Shown: piece by piece, positions 31,171-40,000 of the stretch
Layout of the letters: each line of letters begins with the position of its first letter
Numbering within the stretch: position 1 is the stretch's first letter
Source: Candidatus Krumholzibacteriales bacterium
GTDB taxonomy: Bacteria; Krumholzibacteriota; Krumholzibacteriia; Krumholzibacteriales; WJIX01
NCBI GenBank assembly: GCA_046483305.1
Contig: JAWODM010000046.1
Coordinates: 1-64,000, forward strand
Direction: 5' to 3'
Length of the DNA stretch: 64,000 nt
Translations under genes and position numbers: made by a program
Notes under the pieces: model-generated
Database searches by the model: none
Seen by the model: only the letters and a program-made list of their open reading frames with translations
Told to the model about the DNA's origin: nothing

Positions 31171-32439
31171 CTAGAAAGCGTAAACGGTAGATATCCTGTA
31201 CATCGGCTGATCTGATCCCTCGTCATACCCGTTCATCCCGGTGAGCCAGTAACCCATCTGGAAGGGAACATCCCTGTCGAGCAGACAGTCGATGGTGAAG
31301 TCTCCCACGTGGAAACCAAGCCCGAGATACCAATTGAAATCGGGATTATCCCAGGTGGCCTCGGCTGTGGTCTCGCCGTCGTCCATCTCGCCGCCCACGC
31401 TGGTAAGCATCTTGGTGCATCCGGTGCGGACGGTAAGCCAGTCTCTTACATCGGACTCGAGACCCAGAATGAATCCGGGAAGAGTTCTCTCGTAAGCGGA
31501 GAACTCGCCGTCGAAGTCATCGTGGTAGCGTACCGGCTCGACCTTGGTGTACTTGAAGGGCTCGACCGCGAATACGATCAGGTTGTCTTCGTTGACCATC
31601 ATGTTGGCCGCGATACCCAGGTTGAACTGCATGCCTTTCAGGCCCAGCATCGGGTAGGTGTCCCAGCCTGCGCATTCTTCGTCTTCATAGACATAGTCGA
31701 ATTCCGACATCCTGAATCCAACGTAGGGTACCAGGGTGATCATGTCGGTCCAGTCGTAGAAAGCACGGCCGCGGAAGTTCATGTCGTAGCCGGGGTCCTC
31801 GGTGATCTCGCCGCATGGGTCCTCGAAAACGCTCTCGGGGAAACCGCCCATTCCCGTAGACATGTTATCAGTCCTGGAAGCCATGGTGTAGTCGAACCCG
31901 AGGTCAAAATACAGGTCCTCACTGGCTTCCATCCTGAAACTGGCGCCGATGGTGGTGTATGCCCTCTTGTCTTCGAGAGCCAGGGTATCCTCGTCGTAGG
32001 TCCTGTTCTCGCTGGCGCGGATGAACTTGACACCTATCGAAATATCCTCGTTGATCTCGTAACCGTAGAGGAGCATCCACTTGGTGTCGAGCCAGCTGGT
32101 GAACGCACTACTGTTCATCCAGTCCATACCGCCAACATCGAAGTAATAATTGTTCGGACCGTCCATATCTTCGTTGAAGAAGATACCGAAGGTTCCATAG
32201 TCTCCATACTCGCCTATGCTCTTGGTGAGACCGTACATACCGTATTCTTCCTGCCAGTCGATGAGGAAGAGGTTGGCATAGGAGGGGAGAGTGGCCGGCC
32301 AGTCAAAGACATTGGCGTCGTCTTCCACATACTTGTGGACGCCGCCCATGGCGCGCAGCCTGCTCTCCGTAGCCATCGAGGGAGCCGCAACAGCAGCTAC
32401 CAGGATGACGGCCAGAGTGATTGCGAAAAACCTTTTCAT
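31171..32439 (-). CDS. Probable major outer-membrane beta-barrel protein (porin, FadL/PorV-like)
   Basis: Sec signal peptide, amphipathic beta strands, C-terminal YAF, AGGAGG RBS, strong C-ending codon bias, own promoter and terminator. Confidence 0.75.
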   Translation of the reverse strand: MKRFFAITLAVILVAAVAAPSMATESRLRAMGGVHKYVEDDANVFDWPATLPSYANLFLIDWQEEYGMYGLTKSIGEYGDYGTFGIFFNEDMDGPNNYYFDVGGMDWMNSSAFTSWLDTKWMLLYGYEINEDISIGVKFIRASENRTYDEDTLALEDKRAYTTIGASFRMEASEDLYFDLGFDYTMASRTDNMSTGMGGFPESVFEDPCGEITEDPGYDMNFRGRAFYDWTDMITLVPYVGFRMSEFDYVYEDEECAGWDTYPMLGLKGMQFNLGIAANMMVNEDNLIVFAVEPFKYTKVEPVRYHDDFDGEFSAYERTLPGFILGLESDVRDWLTVRTGCTKMLTSVGGEMDDGETTAEATWDNPDFNWYLGLGFHVGDFTIDCLLDRDVPFQMGYWLTGMNGYDEGSDQPMYRISTVYAF

Positions 32440-32701
32440 TACAACCTCCTGTAATCTGTCCCCCTGACGGGGAACATCCAGGAACTTCTCTATTTCACCG
32501 CTCATTACGCGGATAGTTCCAATTAACCAATTAATACGAGGCACTGCCTGCTGCAGTATGCCTGTTTATTCCTTATCCCCCCTTTCACTGGTTTAGTTTT
32601 ACATTCTGTTCAGTGACTTCATTCTGCCGGCAGCTGCCGGTTTTTACTGCTTAAAGCCTCTTTTACACAGCAAAAAATACACTTACCCTTATTTTTGCCG
32701 T

Positions 32702-32730
32702 AAAGTATACCAGCTGAAATACTCTGTCAA
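32702..32730 (-). promoter_or_regulatory. sigma70-type promoter for the OMP gene
   Basis: TTGACA (32725-32730), N17, TACTTT (32702-32707); overlapping TGGTATACT; A/T tracts upstream. Confidence 0.6.
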
Positions 32731-32811
32731 CAGTTTTTTTGCATTTTTTTTATTTTTTATCTCCATTAACATGCCGAAATCTATATTTTTACAAAACTAT
32801 CCAATCAGATT

Positions 32812-33621
32812 TTACAGAACGAGAACCGCCCTGCAGACGTTTTTTCCGCTTAAACTGCAGTCCGGATGATCCAGATTCTCTATCCTGACCGACCCCCTGC
32901 AGTGAATAAAATTCCCTCTCCCGGCTGAGATCGCCACATGATTTATTCCCTTCCCGCCGCTGAAGAAAATCAGAGCGCCGGGGCGGTTTCGAACAGCGTC
33001 CTCCGGGTCTATCTCCTCCCCGGATTCGGCCTGAAGGTCTGAATCTCTTGGCAGAATCACACCTTCCATATCGAAAACCCTCTTCACCAGCCCCGAACAG
33101 TCGAATCCTCTGGAGGTGGCCCCTCCCCAGAGGTAGGGGACTCCCATGAAACCGGCCGCTCTCCTGAGAACACCAGCCGGACCTGTTTCAACTGGAGGGC
33201 CGGCGCCGGCGGTGGCGCTTCTATCCATGAAACCCTCGTCTCCCGAGGGTAAAGTTACCCTGAGAAAACTTCCGCCCCCGTTATCATCGGCGGCTATACG
33301 GCTTCCCGCCACCATCTCCTCCATGCAGAGGCTGTGATGTGCCGGTTCTGAATATATCCTCGCTGTATTGGATACCACCATTTTATTGACCTTCATTCCA
33401 TATTCCTCGATATGCCGCCTGCTTACGCTCAGAACACCCCTGTCGGCGACCCAGCCGCAGTAACCGTCAGCCATCCTTACCAGGTACCAGCCGTTATCCC
33501 GGCGGTAAGCCCTGAGCTCCTCCCCCATCAGCGCCTGGGTAAGAAGTTCCGAACCGGATGAGGGCCCCTTTCTTATATTAACGGAGCCGGCATTCACCAG
33601 TAACAGATTTTCATCCTTCAT
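32812..33621 (-). CDS. SH3 + NlpC/P60 peptidase (YkfC-like gamma-D-glutamyl peptidase); N-terminus possibly frameshifted
   Basis: ELLTQALMGE SH3b, GVPYLWGG, GFDCSGLV, LPRDSDLQ, HVAI, FIHC. Confidence 0.88.
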   Translation of the reverse strand: MKDENLLLVNAGSVNIRKGPSSGSELLTQALMGEELRAYRRDNGWYLVRMADGYCGWVADRGVLSVSRRHIEEYGMKVNKMVVSNTARIYSEPAHHSLCMEEMVAGSRIAADDNGGGSFLRVTLPSGDEGFMDRSATAGAGPPVETGPAGVLRRAAGFMGVPYLWGGATSRGFDCSGLVKRVFDMEGVILPRDSDLQAESGEEIDPEDAVRNRPGALIFFSGGKGINHVAISAGRGNFIHCRGSVRIENLDHPDCSLSGKNVCRAVLVL

Positions 33622-33898
33622 GTCCGCGATTCCAACTAGCAATATCAATGCCGGAAGTGGCTTCCAGCAGCCTCTTCCCTCCCCCCTTCCCGGTTATTAT
33701 ATCTACTCCCGGCCTCCCGGCCAGGGCTTTGAATAATCTCTTCTCCACTACCAGTTCAAAGGGCCGCTCCCCTGAAAAGGGAATATAACATATCGAAAAC
33801 CTGCCGTCGATCCCTGACTTCTCCCGCGCTCCAGCTATCAGGAGCTTCAGCTTCCGATAATATTCATCACCGGCAACGATTTTAACCCCCCTTTCATA

Positions 33899-34747
33899 TC
33901 ATATACTCTTTCTGAAATCTACTCTCCGGGTGTCCAGCATATCCCGGAGCCCGTCGCCCACCAGATTGAGAGAACATACGGTAAGGGTGAGGGCCAGGCC
34001 CGGGAAGATGGTCAGCCACCAGGCGGAGCGCATGAATATTATCCCGTCCGATATCATCCTGCCCCAGCTGGGATCAGGCGGCTGAACACCGAGCCCCAGG
34101 AAGCTGAGACTCGACTCGGCCATGATCGCCATCCCCAGTCCCAGGGTATAGACAACTATCAGCGGAGAGAGGCATTGCGGGAGTATGTGCTTTGTAATCA
34201 ATGAGATATCGCTGGCGCCAGCCGCCCTGGCAGCCTGGACGTACTCCCTTTCCCTGACTGCCAGGACCTGGCCCCTGACCAGCCTGGCTATAGCGGCCCA
34301 GCCCACAAAACCAAGTACCACAGAGAGTGTACCCAGGCCGGGCGTTACCACCGCCATTACCGCAATCAGAAGGAGCAGGGTGGGAAAGGCGAATGTAATA
34401 TCAGCAAGCCTCATTATAATGGAGTCGATCTTCTTTCCGTAGAAACCGGCGGTCAGCCCGGTTATCAGCCCGATAATAAGGGAAATGGTCCTGGCGGAGA
34501 ATCCAACCATCAGAGAGACCCTGGAACCTTTCAGGACCCTCGAGAAAAGGTCCCTCCCGAATGAATCAGTTCCGAAGGGGTGTTCAAGAGACGGGGGTTT
34601 CAGCGAGTTTTCCAGGTCGGTCCCCGCCTGCTCATCCAGAAAGCCGGCCAGAAGAGCCCCGGCGGCGATTACCAGCAGGATGAGCATCCCCGCGGCAGCT
34701 CCCCGGTTTCCCCTGAAACCCGTGATTGATTTTCTCAATTTATTCAT
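33899..34747 (-). CDS. dppC: Peptide ABC transporter permease (DppC-like)
   Basis: HPFGTDSFGRDLFSR; ESSLSFLGLGVQPPDPSWG. Confidence 0.9.
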   Translation of the reverse strand: MNKLRKSITGFRGNRGAAAGMLILLVIAAGALLAGFLDEQAGTDLENSLKPPSLEHPFGTDSFGRDLFSRVLKGSRVSLMVGFSARTISLIIGLITGLTAGFYGKKIDSIIMRLADITFAFPTLLLLIAVMAVVTPGLGTLSVVLGFVGWAAIARLVRGQVLAVREREYVQAARAAGASDISLITKHILPQCLSPLIVVYTLGLGMAIMAESSLSFLGLGVQPPDPSWGRMISDGIIFMRSAWWLTIFPGLALTLTVCSLNLVGDGLRDMLDTRRVDFRKSI

Positions 34748-34823
34748 TTCAGCTCCGCAATCGCGCCTCTATTCAGAACAGGCAGCCACAAACCGGCAGA
34801 AAATTTGCCGGGCGGGCGGGAAA

Positions 34824-35756
34824 TTAACCTTTCCTGAGCCGTATCCTGGGATCCACGATACCGTAACTTATGTCCACAGCAAGGTTTACCAGAATAAAAA
34901 GCACCGCCATAAACAGGACAGATCCCTGAATCACCGGAAAATCCCTCTTCAGGATGGCCCGGACAATAAACCTGCCCAGACCCGGCCACCCGAATATCGA
35001 CTCGGTAAGAACAGACCCGCTGAGGTAACTCCCGAAATCAGTTCCAACTATTGTAATTACAGGTATAAGAGCATTTCTGAACAGGTGCTTTCCGTAAACC
35101 ATGAATTCGTTCAGTCCCTTCGCCCTCGCAGTTCTGGCGAACTCTTCAGATGATATTTCCAGAAAAGCGGACCTGGAAACCCTCGCCACCGTCGCCAGGG
35201 AAGCGAAAGAGAGCGTTATGGCGGGTAGTATCAGGTAGCTCACCGAACCCCCTCCGTAGCCGGAAGGGGGAAGCAGGGACAGTTTAATCGAAAACAGGTA
35301 TATCATCAGAAGGCCCAGCCAGAAAACCGGTATGGAGACTCCCACCAGGGAACCCATCATCAGCATCCGGCCCAGCCACCGGAATCTATCCAGAGCGGAT
35401 ATTACGCCGATAGCGAGCCCCCCCGCCACCGCCAGGAACATCGCGCTGGCGGCAAGGAGCAGGGTACGGGGGAAGTATTCCCTGATCGAATCGATTACCG
35501 GCCTCCCGGTTACGAATGACCTTCCCAGGTCCAGGCGGGCAGTATCCAGCAGGTAATGGAGATACCTCAACGGAAGCGGCTGATTCAGCCCCATTTCCTC
35601 CCGAAGCCTTTCCAGAGTCTCGGCGTCGTAGCGCTCCCCCACCAGTGAGAGCACCGGGTCTCCCGGAATAACATACATTATGATGAAGGTGACCGTGGCC
35701 ACGCCAAGCAGAATTGGTATCAGCTGCAGAAATCTCTTGTATATGTACCGGCCCAT
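34824..35756 (-). CDS. dppB: Peptide ABC transporter permease (DppB-like)
   Basis: PGDP, GLNQPL, TARAKGL, ESIFGWPGLG, DPRIR. Confidence 0.9.
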   Translation of the reverse strand: MGRYIYKRFLQLIPILLGVATVTFIIMYVIPGDPVLSLVGERYDAETLERLREEMGLNQPLPLRYLHYLLDTARLDLGRSFVTGRPVIDSIREYFPRTLLLAASAMFLAVAGGLAIGVISALDRFRWLGRMLMMGSLVGVSIPVFWLGLLMIYLFSIKLSLLPPSGYGGGSVSYLILPAITLSFASLATVARVSRSAFLEISSEEFARTARAKGLNEFMVYGKHLFRNALIPVITIVGTDFGSYLSGSVLTESIFGWPGLGRFIVRAILKRDFPVIQGSVLFMAVLFILVNLAVDISYGIVDPRIRLRKG

Positions 35757-35770
35757 CCGCTGACCGTCCT

Positions 35771-37321
35771 TCAGAGCGAAACGTTCAGGTAACGCTGTCC
35801 GTTAAATATCAGGGGCATTCTGTATCCGTCTACCCTGGGAGATACCGCTTCGTATTTTACCGGGAACCAGAGAAATATCCAGGGGGCATCCCTGTATATT
35901 ATATCTTCCGTCTCTTCCAGTATCTTTATTCTTCTGTCATTATCCACGCACCGGGAAGCCAGGTAGATCAGGGAATCCACCTCCGGGCTCCGGTACCCGG
36001 TCCGGTTACCGCTGCCGCCGATATTGGAGGAGTGAAAAAGGGGCGCTATGAAGTTCTCGCAGTCGGGGTAATCGGCAAACCAGTCCAGATAGAACGCATC
36101 CGGGGTGCCCTGGTTCACCGCCTGCTTGAAAGCGCTCCAGTCCCTGGTCACCAGCTTGACATCCACCCCCGCATCTCCCAGGAAAGCCTGCACGCTCTCC
36201 AGTATCCTGCCCCCGGAAAAAGACTCCCTCTGCCATATCTCCATCTCAAAACCACCGGGGAATCCAGCTTCCGCGAGAAGGCTTTCGGCTCTCTCCGGAT
36301 TGTAGGGGTAGAGATCGGCTCCCCTGCCTCCGTTCTTGAGGGCGGGAGGGATAACCCCATGCGCCTCTATGGCGGCGCCGAAAAGTATCCTGGAGATTAT
36401 CGCTTCCACGTCCACCGCCAGATTAAGAGCCTTCCTGACCCTGATATCATTGAAGGGAGCCCTGCTCAGGTTCAATCCTATATATACCACCCTGAGCTCC
36501 TCTTTCCTTTCCAGCCTGATCCCCCCTGTCTTCCACCTCTCCAGTTCGGCGTAAGGGATTTCCAGTATATCCAGGTTTCCCACTTCAAATTCCGCAATCC
36601 TGGTCATGGTTTCCGGTATGAGCCTGTAAGTCAGGCCTTCCAGGGAAATGCCCTCACCCGGGAAACCGGGATTTCTCACCAGGCTGATCACTTCCCCTTC
36701 CACCCATCTGTCCAGCATCCATGGACCACTTCCGCAGGGGGCTCTGCCATATGATGCTCCGCCCTCCACCGATTCGCGGCATACCACGCCGGCGGCCGGC
36801 ATGGTAAGAAGGCTCAGAAAATGAGCAACCGGTTCTTCAAGCCTGAGGACAAGAGTCGAATCATCGACGGCTTCAGCTCCCGCCCCGTTCCACCCGGCGC
36901 CGTTATGGAAGGCGACCGCTCCCCTGAGGGGCTTGAGGATCCACCAGCGGGGAGATAGGGTGGAGGGAGACAGCACTCTTCTGAAAGAGTAAACTACATC
37001 AGACGCCGTTACCTCTCTTCCGTTGCTGAAACGGAACTCTCCCAGATGGAAGGTATACACTCTGCCGTCAGCGGACAGATCCCAGCTGGAGGCCAGGTCC
37101 GGCCGGATCCGGCCCTCCGGATCAACCCGGACCAGGTTGGAATGTATCAGGGAGGTAATCACGCCCGACGAATAGTCAACGGCGCCTGCCGGGTCAAGAT
37201 TGGAAGGTTCGGTCTGGAACGCTCTCCTTAGAATTCCGGGAGGAGCTTCCCCGGTGCAGGAGAGCAAAGCCCGGGACAAGCATATTAACAAGACAAATAT
37301 TTTTAAGTTGCTGTATTTCAT
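35771..37321 (-). CDS. dppA: Peptide ABC transporter substrate-binding lipoprotein (family 5)
   Basis: Lipobox LLSC; NLDPA; FSNGREVTASDV; PCGSGPW. Confidence 0.88.
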   Translation of the reverse strand: MKYSNLKIFVLLICLSRALLSCTGEAPPGILRRAFQTEPSNLDPAGAVDYSSGVITSLIHSNLVRVDPEGRIRPDLASSWDLSADGRVYTFHLGEFRFSNGREVTASDVVYSFRRVLSPSTLSPRWWILKPLRGAVAFHNGAGWNGAGAEAVDDSTLVLRLEEPVAHFLSLLTMPAAGVVCRESVEGGASYGRAPCGSGPWMLDRWVEGEVISLVRNPGFPGEGISLEGLTYRLIPETMTRIAEFEVGNLDILEIPYAELERWKTGGIRLERKEELRVVYIGLNLSRAPFNDIRVRKALNLAVDVEAIISRILFGAAIEAHGVIPPALKNGGRGADLYPYNPERAESLLAEAGFPGGFEMEIWQRESFSGGRILESVQAFLGDAGVDVKLVTRDWSAFKQAVNQGTPDAFYLDWFADYPDCENFIAPLFHSSNIGGSGNRTGYRSPEVDSLIYLASRCVDNDRRIKILEETEDIIYRDAPWIFLWFPVKYEAVSPRVDGYRMPLIFNGQRYLNVSL

Positions 37322-37328
37322 CCTTTTA

Positions 37329-38582
37329 TCAGATGTTCCTGGTATCGATCAATCTGAAATCCCCGGTCCCGAAATTATCCACGAAAACGTACATTATACC
37401 CAGGGAATAATAGTACCAGAGATTGTAACGCTCTCCACCCCACCTGCTCCAGCGGGTAACGGTCCTGTCCGGTTTCCCGTTCCTGATATAAACCCTTCCC
37501 ATATCAGTTTCCCATCCCGGCCTGCTTCCCGAGAAATGTTCCGCGGCGTAAGATATTCTATCCCGGAAATCGTCCAGGTTGTTCCGGGGCCCTTCCTGCC
37601 AGAACTTTTTCCAGGCTTCCAGCCTCCCGGAAGGCGGCGACTCAGTCAGAATATCCAGTTCCTCCTCCGAGGCAACCAGAGATATAAGGTCTATGGTATT
37701 CTCAAAATCACCGGTGAGAGCCTGAAGGTTGATGAGAATTACAAAACCCTCCTGAAATCCCGACTCCTCCTTTCCGTCGGAGGCATTAACGGCCAGAGTG
37801 TAGCCGCCCGGTTCATAATCATCCACGTTCATATCCACATTAATTTTAACGGTTCTGTCACTGGATGTCATGAACCGTCCACGGTTGTAGAAGATGGTTT
37901 CATCATTCATGTTCCGGATTCTGACAGAGACCTCCACCCCGCCCATGGAAGAGGGGGATGAAATGGTGACCGCGCCCCTCAGCCAGGAACCTGGATCCGT
38001 ATATACCCCGGATACCCTCCTGATGAACCGGTCCATATCCGAAGTTCCCCCAGACAGCCTGATCTCACCCGCCGGGGGCTTATCCTTTTCGCTCTCGGGG
38101 GGAGAGATAAAAAAGACGGGCTCCGAGATAAATATATCAGATTCAGAGAGAGTTATGGCCGTCTGGCGGCTGTATTTTATCCTGGTCCCTTTTATCTCCA
38201 CCACCGTTTTGACTTTATAATCTCCGGGAGGCAGATATATCTTCCTGTTTATATTCAACGCTTTCTTGGAACTCCTGGTCTCGCTGTAGCTTCCGGCTTC
38301 CACTTCGCCGCTGAATACCTCCCCTCTGGCCATCCTCTCCTCGCCGCTGCGGTAGAATTGCAGGTATACCCGGTATCCCGCCCTGTAACTCTCCTCTTCA
38401 CGGAAGAAGACCAGGCGGCTGTATTTAATCTCCAGGGTCAGGTCTATATATACCTTTCCGCTGTCGTCGCTGGCCTGAACAGCGGCTACCTGAAAGGGTT
38501 GAGCTCTGGAAGGCGCCTGAGCGCCAGCTGCCCGGGAAAGGATCAGGATCAATAACAGAATGGAAGCAATACGAAATTTCAT
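37329..38582 (-). CDS. GWxTD domain-containing exported protein
   Basis: Signal peptide ending AGA, beta-rich N-terminal domains, FW...RISYAAEHFS..RPGWETDMGRVYIRNGKPD. Confidence 0.88.
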   Translation of the reverse strand: MKFRIASILLLILILSRAAGAQAPSRAQPFQVAAVQASDDSGKVYIDLTLEIKYSRLVFFREEESYRAGYRVYLQFYRSGEERMARGEVFSGEVEAGSYSETRSSKKALNINRKIYLPPGDYKVKTVVEIKGTRIKYSRQTAITLSESDIFISEPVFFISPPESEKDKPPAGEIRLSGGTSDMDRFIRRVSGVYTDPGSWLRGAVTISSPSSMGGVEVSVRIRNMNDETIFYNRGRFMTSSDRTVKINVDMNVDDYEPGGYTLAVNASDGKEESGFQEGFVILINLQALTGDFENTIDLISLVASEEELDILTESPPSGRLEAWKKFWQEGPRNNLDDFRDRISYAAEHFSGSRPGWETDMGRVYIRNGKPDRTVTRWSRWGGERYNLWYYYSLGIMYVFVDNFGTGDFRLIDTRNI

Positions 38583-38713
38583 TCATTCATTCCAGGTTCA
38601 GTTATTACAGTGTGCCCTGTGAATTATACCCTCTGACCCTGGCTATAGCAACACTGATTTAATATTAGCGCGCCCGCCCGGAATCAGGAACCCCTTGACG
38701 AAAGGGAAGGGGG

Positions 38714-39988
38714 TTATTCGTAGTGGAGAGCTTTTATCGGATCCATATTGGCAGCCCGGTTGGCCGGGTACAGCCCGAATATAAGCCCGATGGAGGCTGA
38801 AGAAAGTACCGCCACAATTATCCAGATAAACGGAACCGAATAGGGAAAACTTATAAGGTTGGATATACCATATGCGGCCAGCATTCCCAGAAGGATACCG
38901 ATCACGCCGCCTATACCGGTAAGGGTGGCCGCTTCAACCAGAAACTGCTGCATCACATCCCTCTTTCTGGCCCCCATCGCCATCCTTATTCCTATCTCCC
39001 TGGTCCTTTCGGTAACTGATATGAGCATTATATTCATCACCCCTATACCCCCCACCATAAGTCCTATTGAGGAGATGACAACCAGAACCAGGCCGATATA
39101 CCTGGTGACATTGTTAATCATCTCCCTGAAAGTCTCCGAGGAGGCAATGTGGAAGTTATTCTCTCCGCCTGGTCTGACCCCCCTTCTTCTTCTGAGGAGG
39201 CCGGTTATTTCCTCTTTTCCATCCTCCAGAGTGAATCCGCTGCGCACGGTAGCCGCTATATTATACTGATCATTCTCGCCGGACATGTCCTTCTCAAACA
39301 CCGTATACGGAATAACCGCAAAATTGTCGCTCATCCCCCCCATGAAATGCTCCCTGGACTCCATTACCCCCACCACCCTGTACCGGTGAGAGCCTACCTT
39401 GAGGACCTTTCCTATCGGGTCCCTTACCGGGAAAAGATTTTCGGCCGGGCCGCTTCCCAGAACTATAACCCTTGACTTATGGTCCAGCTCGAACCTGGTA
39501 AAAAACCTTCCCCGCCCGACTGAAAAACTGAACATACTGCCGAAGTTGTGGCTGGCACCCACGATCTGAATAAAATCGGTTCTTTCCTTTCCGTAACGGA
39601 GAATACTGGCTCCACCCTGAGGTGAAATCTGCAGGTCAACCTGCTCGACCGTTTCACACTCCGTTTCTATGGCCCGGGCATCCGCCGCCGTCAACTTTTC
39701 TCTTCTAAGCAGGTCCCTCCTGTCGCGCGAATCAGTGAAAGGGTCGAACCTGCTTATCAGAAGATAAGGACGGTTTACGCTCATTATATCCAATTCCACT
39801 CTCTTTCCCAGCCCGGACATTACCGTAACCATCGCCAGCACCGTAGTTACACCTATCGCCACCCCGAGAATAAGGAGGGAGGAACGCAGTTTGTGGGTCC
39901 TGATTATCTCCAGCGCCTGGATCAGGTTTTGACGCCACACCTGTCCGCTCTTTTCTTCCGTTCTGTTATTGTATCCTCCGCCGGCCAC
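38714..39988 (-). CDS. MacB/FtsX-type ABC transporter permease
   Basis: KLRSSLLILGVAIGV; GGIGVMNIMLISVTERTREIGIRMAMGA; DPIKALHYE. Confidence 0.92.
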   Translation of the reverse strand: MAGGGYNNRTEEKSGQVWRQNLIQALEIIRTHKLRSSLLILGVAIGVTTVLAMVTVMSGLGKRVELDIMSVNRPYLLISRFDPFTDSRDRRDLLRREKLTAADARAIETECETVEQVDLQISPQGGASILRYGKERTDFIQIVGASHNFGSMFSFSVGRGRFFTRFELDHKSRVIVLGSGPAENLFPVRDPIGKVLKVGSHRYRVVGVMESREHFMGGMSDNFAVIPYTVFEKDMSGENDQYNIAATVRSGFTLEDGKEEITGLLRRRRGVRPGGENNFHIASSETFREMINNVTRYIGLVLVVISSIGLMVGGIGVMNIMLISVTERTREIGIRMAMGARKRDVMQQFLVEAATLTGIGGVIGILLGMLAAYGISNLISFPYSVPFIWIIVAVLSSASIGLIFGLYPANRAANMDPIKALHYE

Positions 39989-40000
39989 TTTCCTGTCCTC

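Noticed and set aside
31309..32454. 381-aa plus-strand ORF antisense to the OMP gene
   Set aside because: Explained by the strong codon bias of the sense gene; no recognisable protein features.
32440..32544. 35-aa N-terminal extension of the OMP given by the ORF track
   Set aside because: A strong AGGAGG and a signal peptide start at 32439; the extension lies within the structured leader.
33896..33901. Selenocysteine readthrough of the dppC TGA
   Set aside because: DppC is already complete at this stop, there is no redox motif context, and I see no convincing SECIS hairpin.
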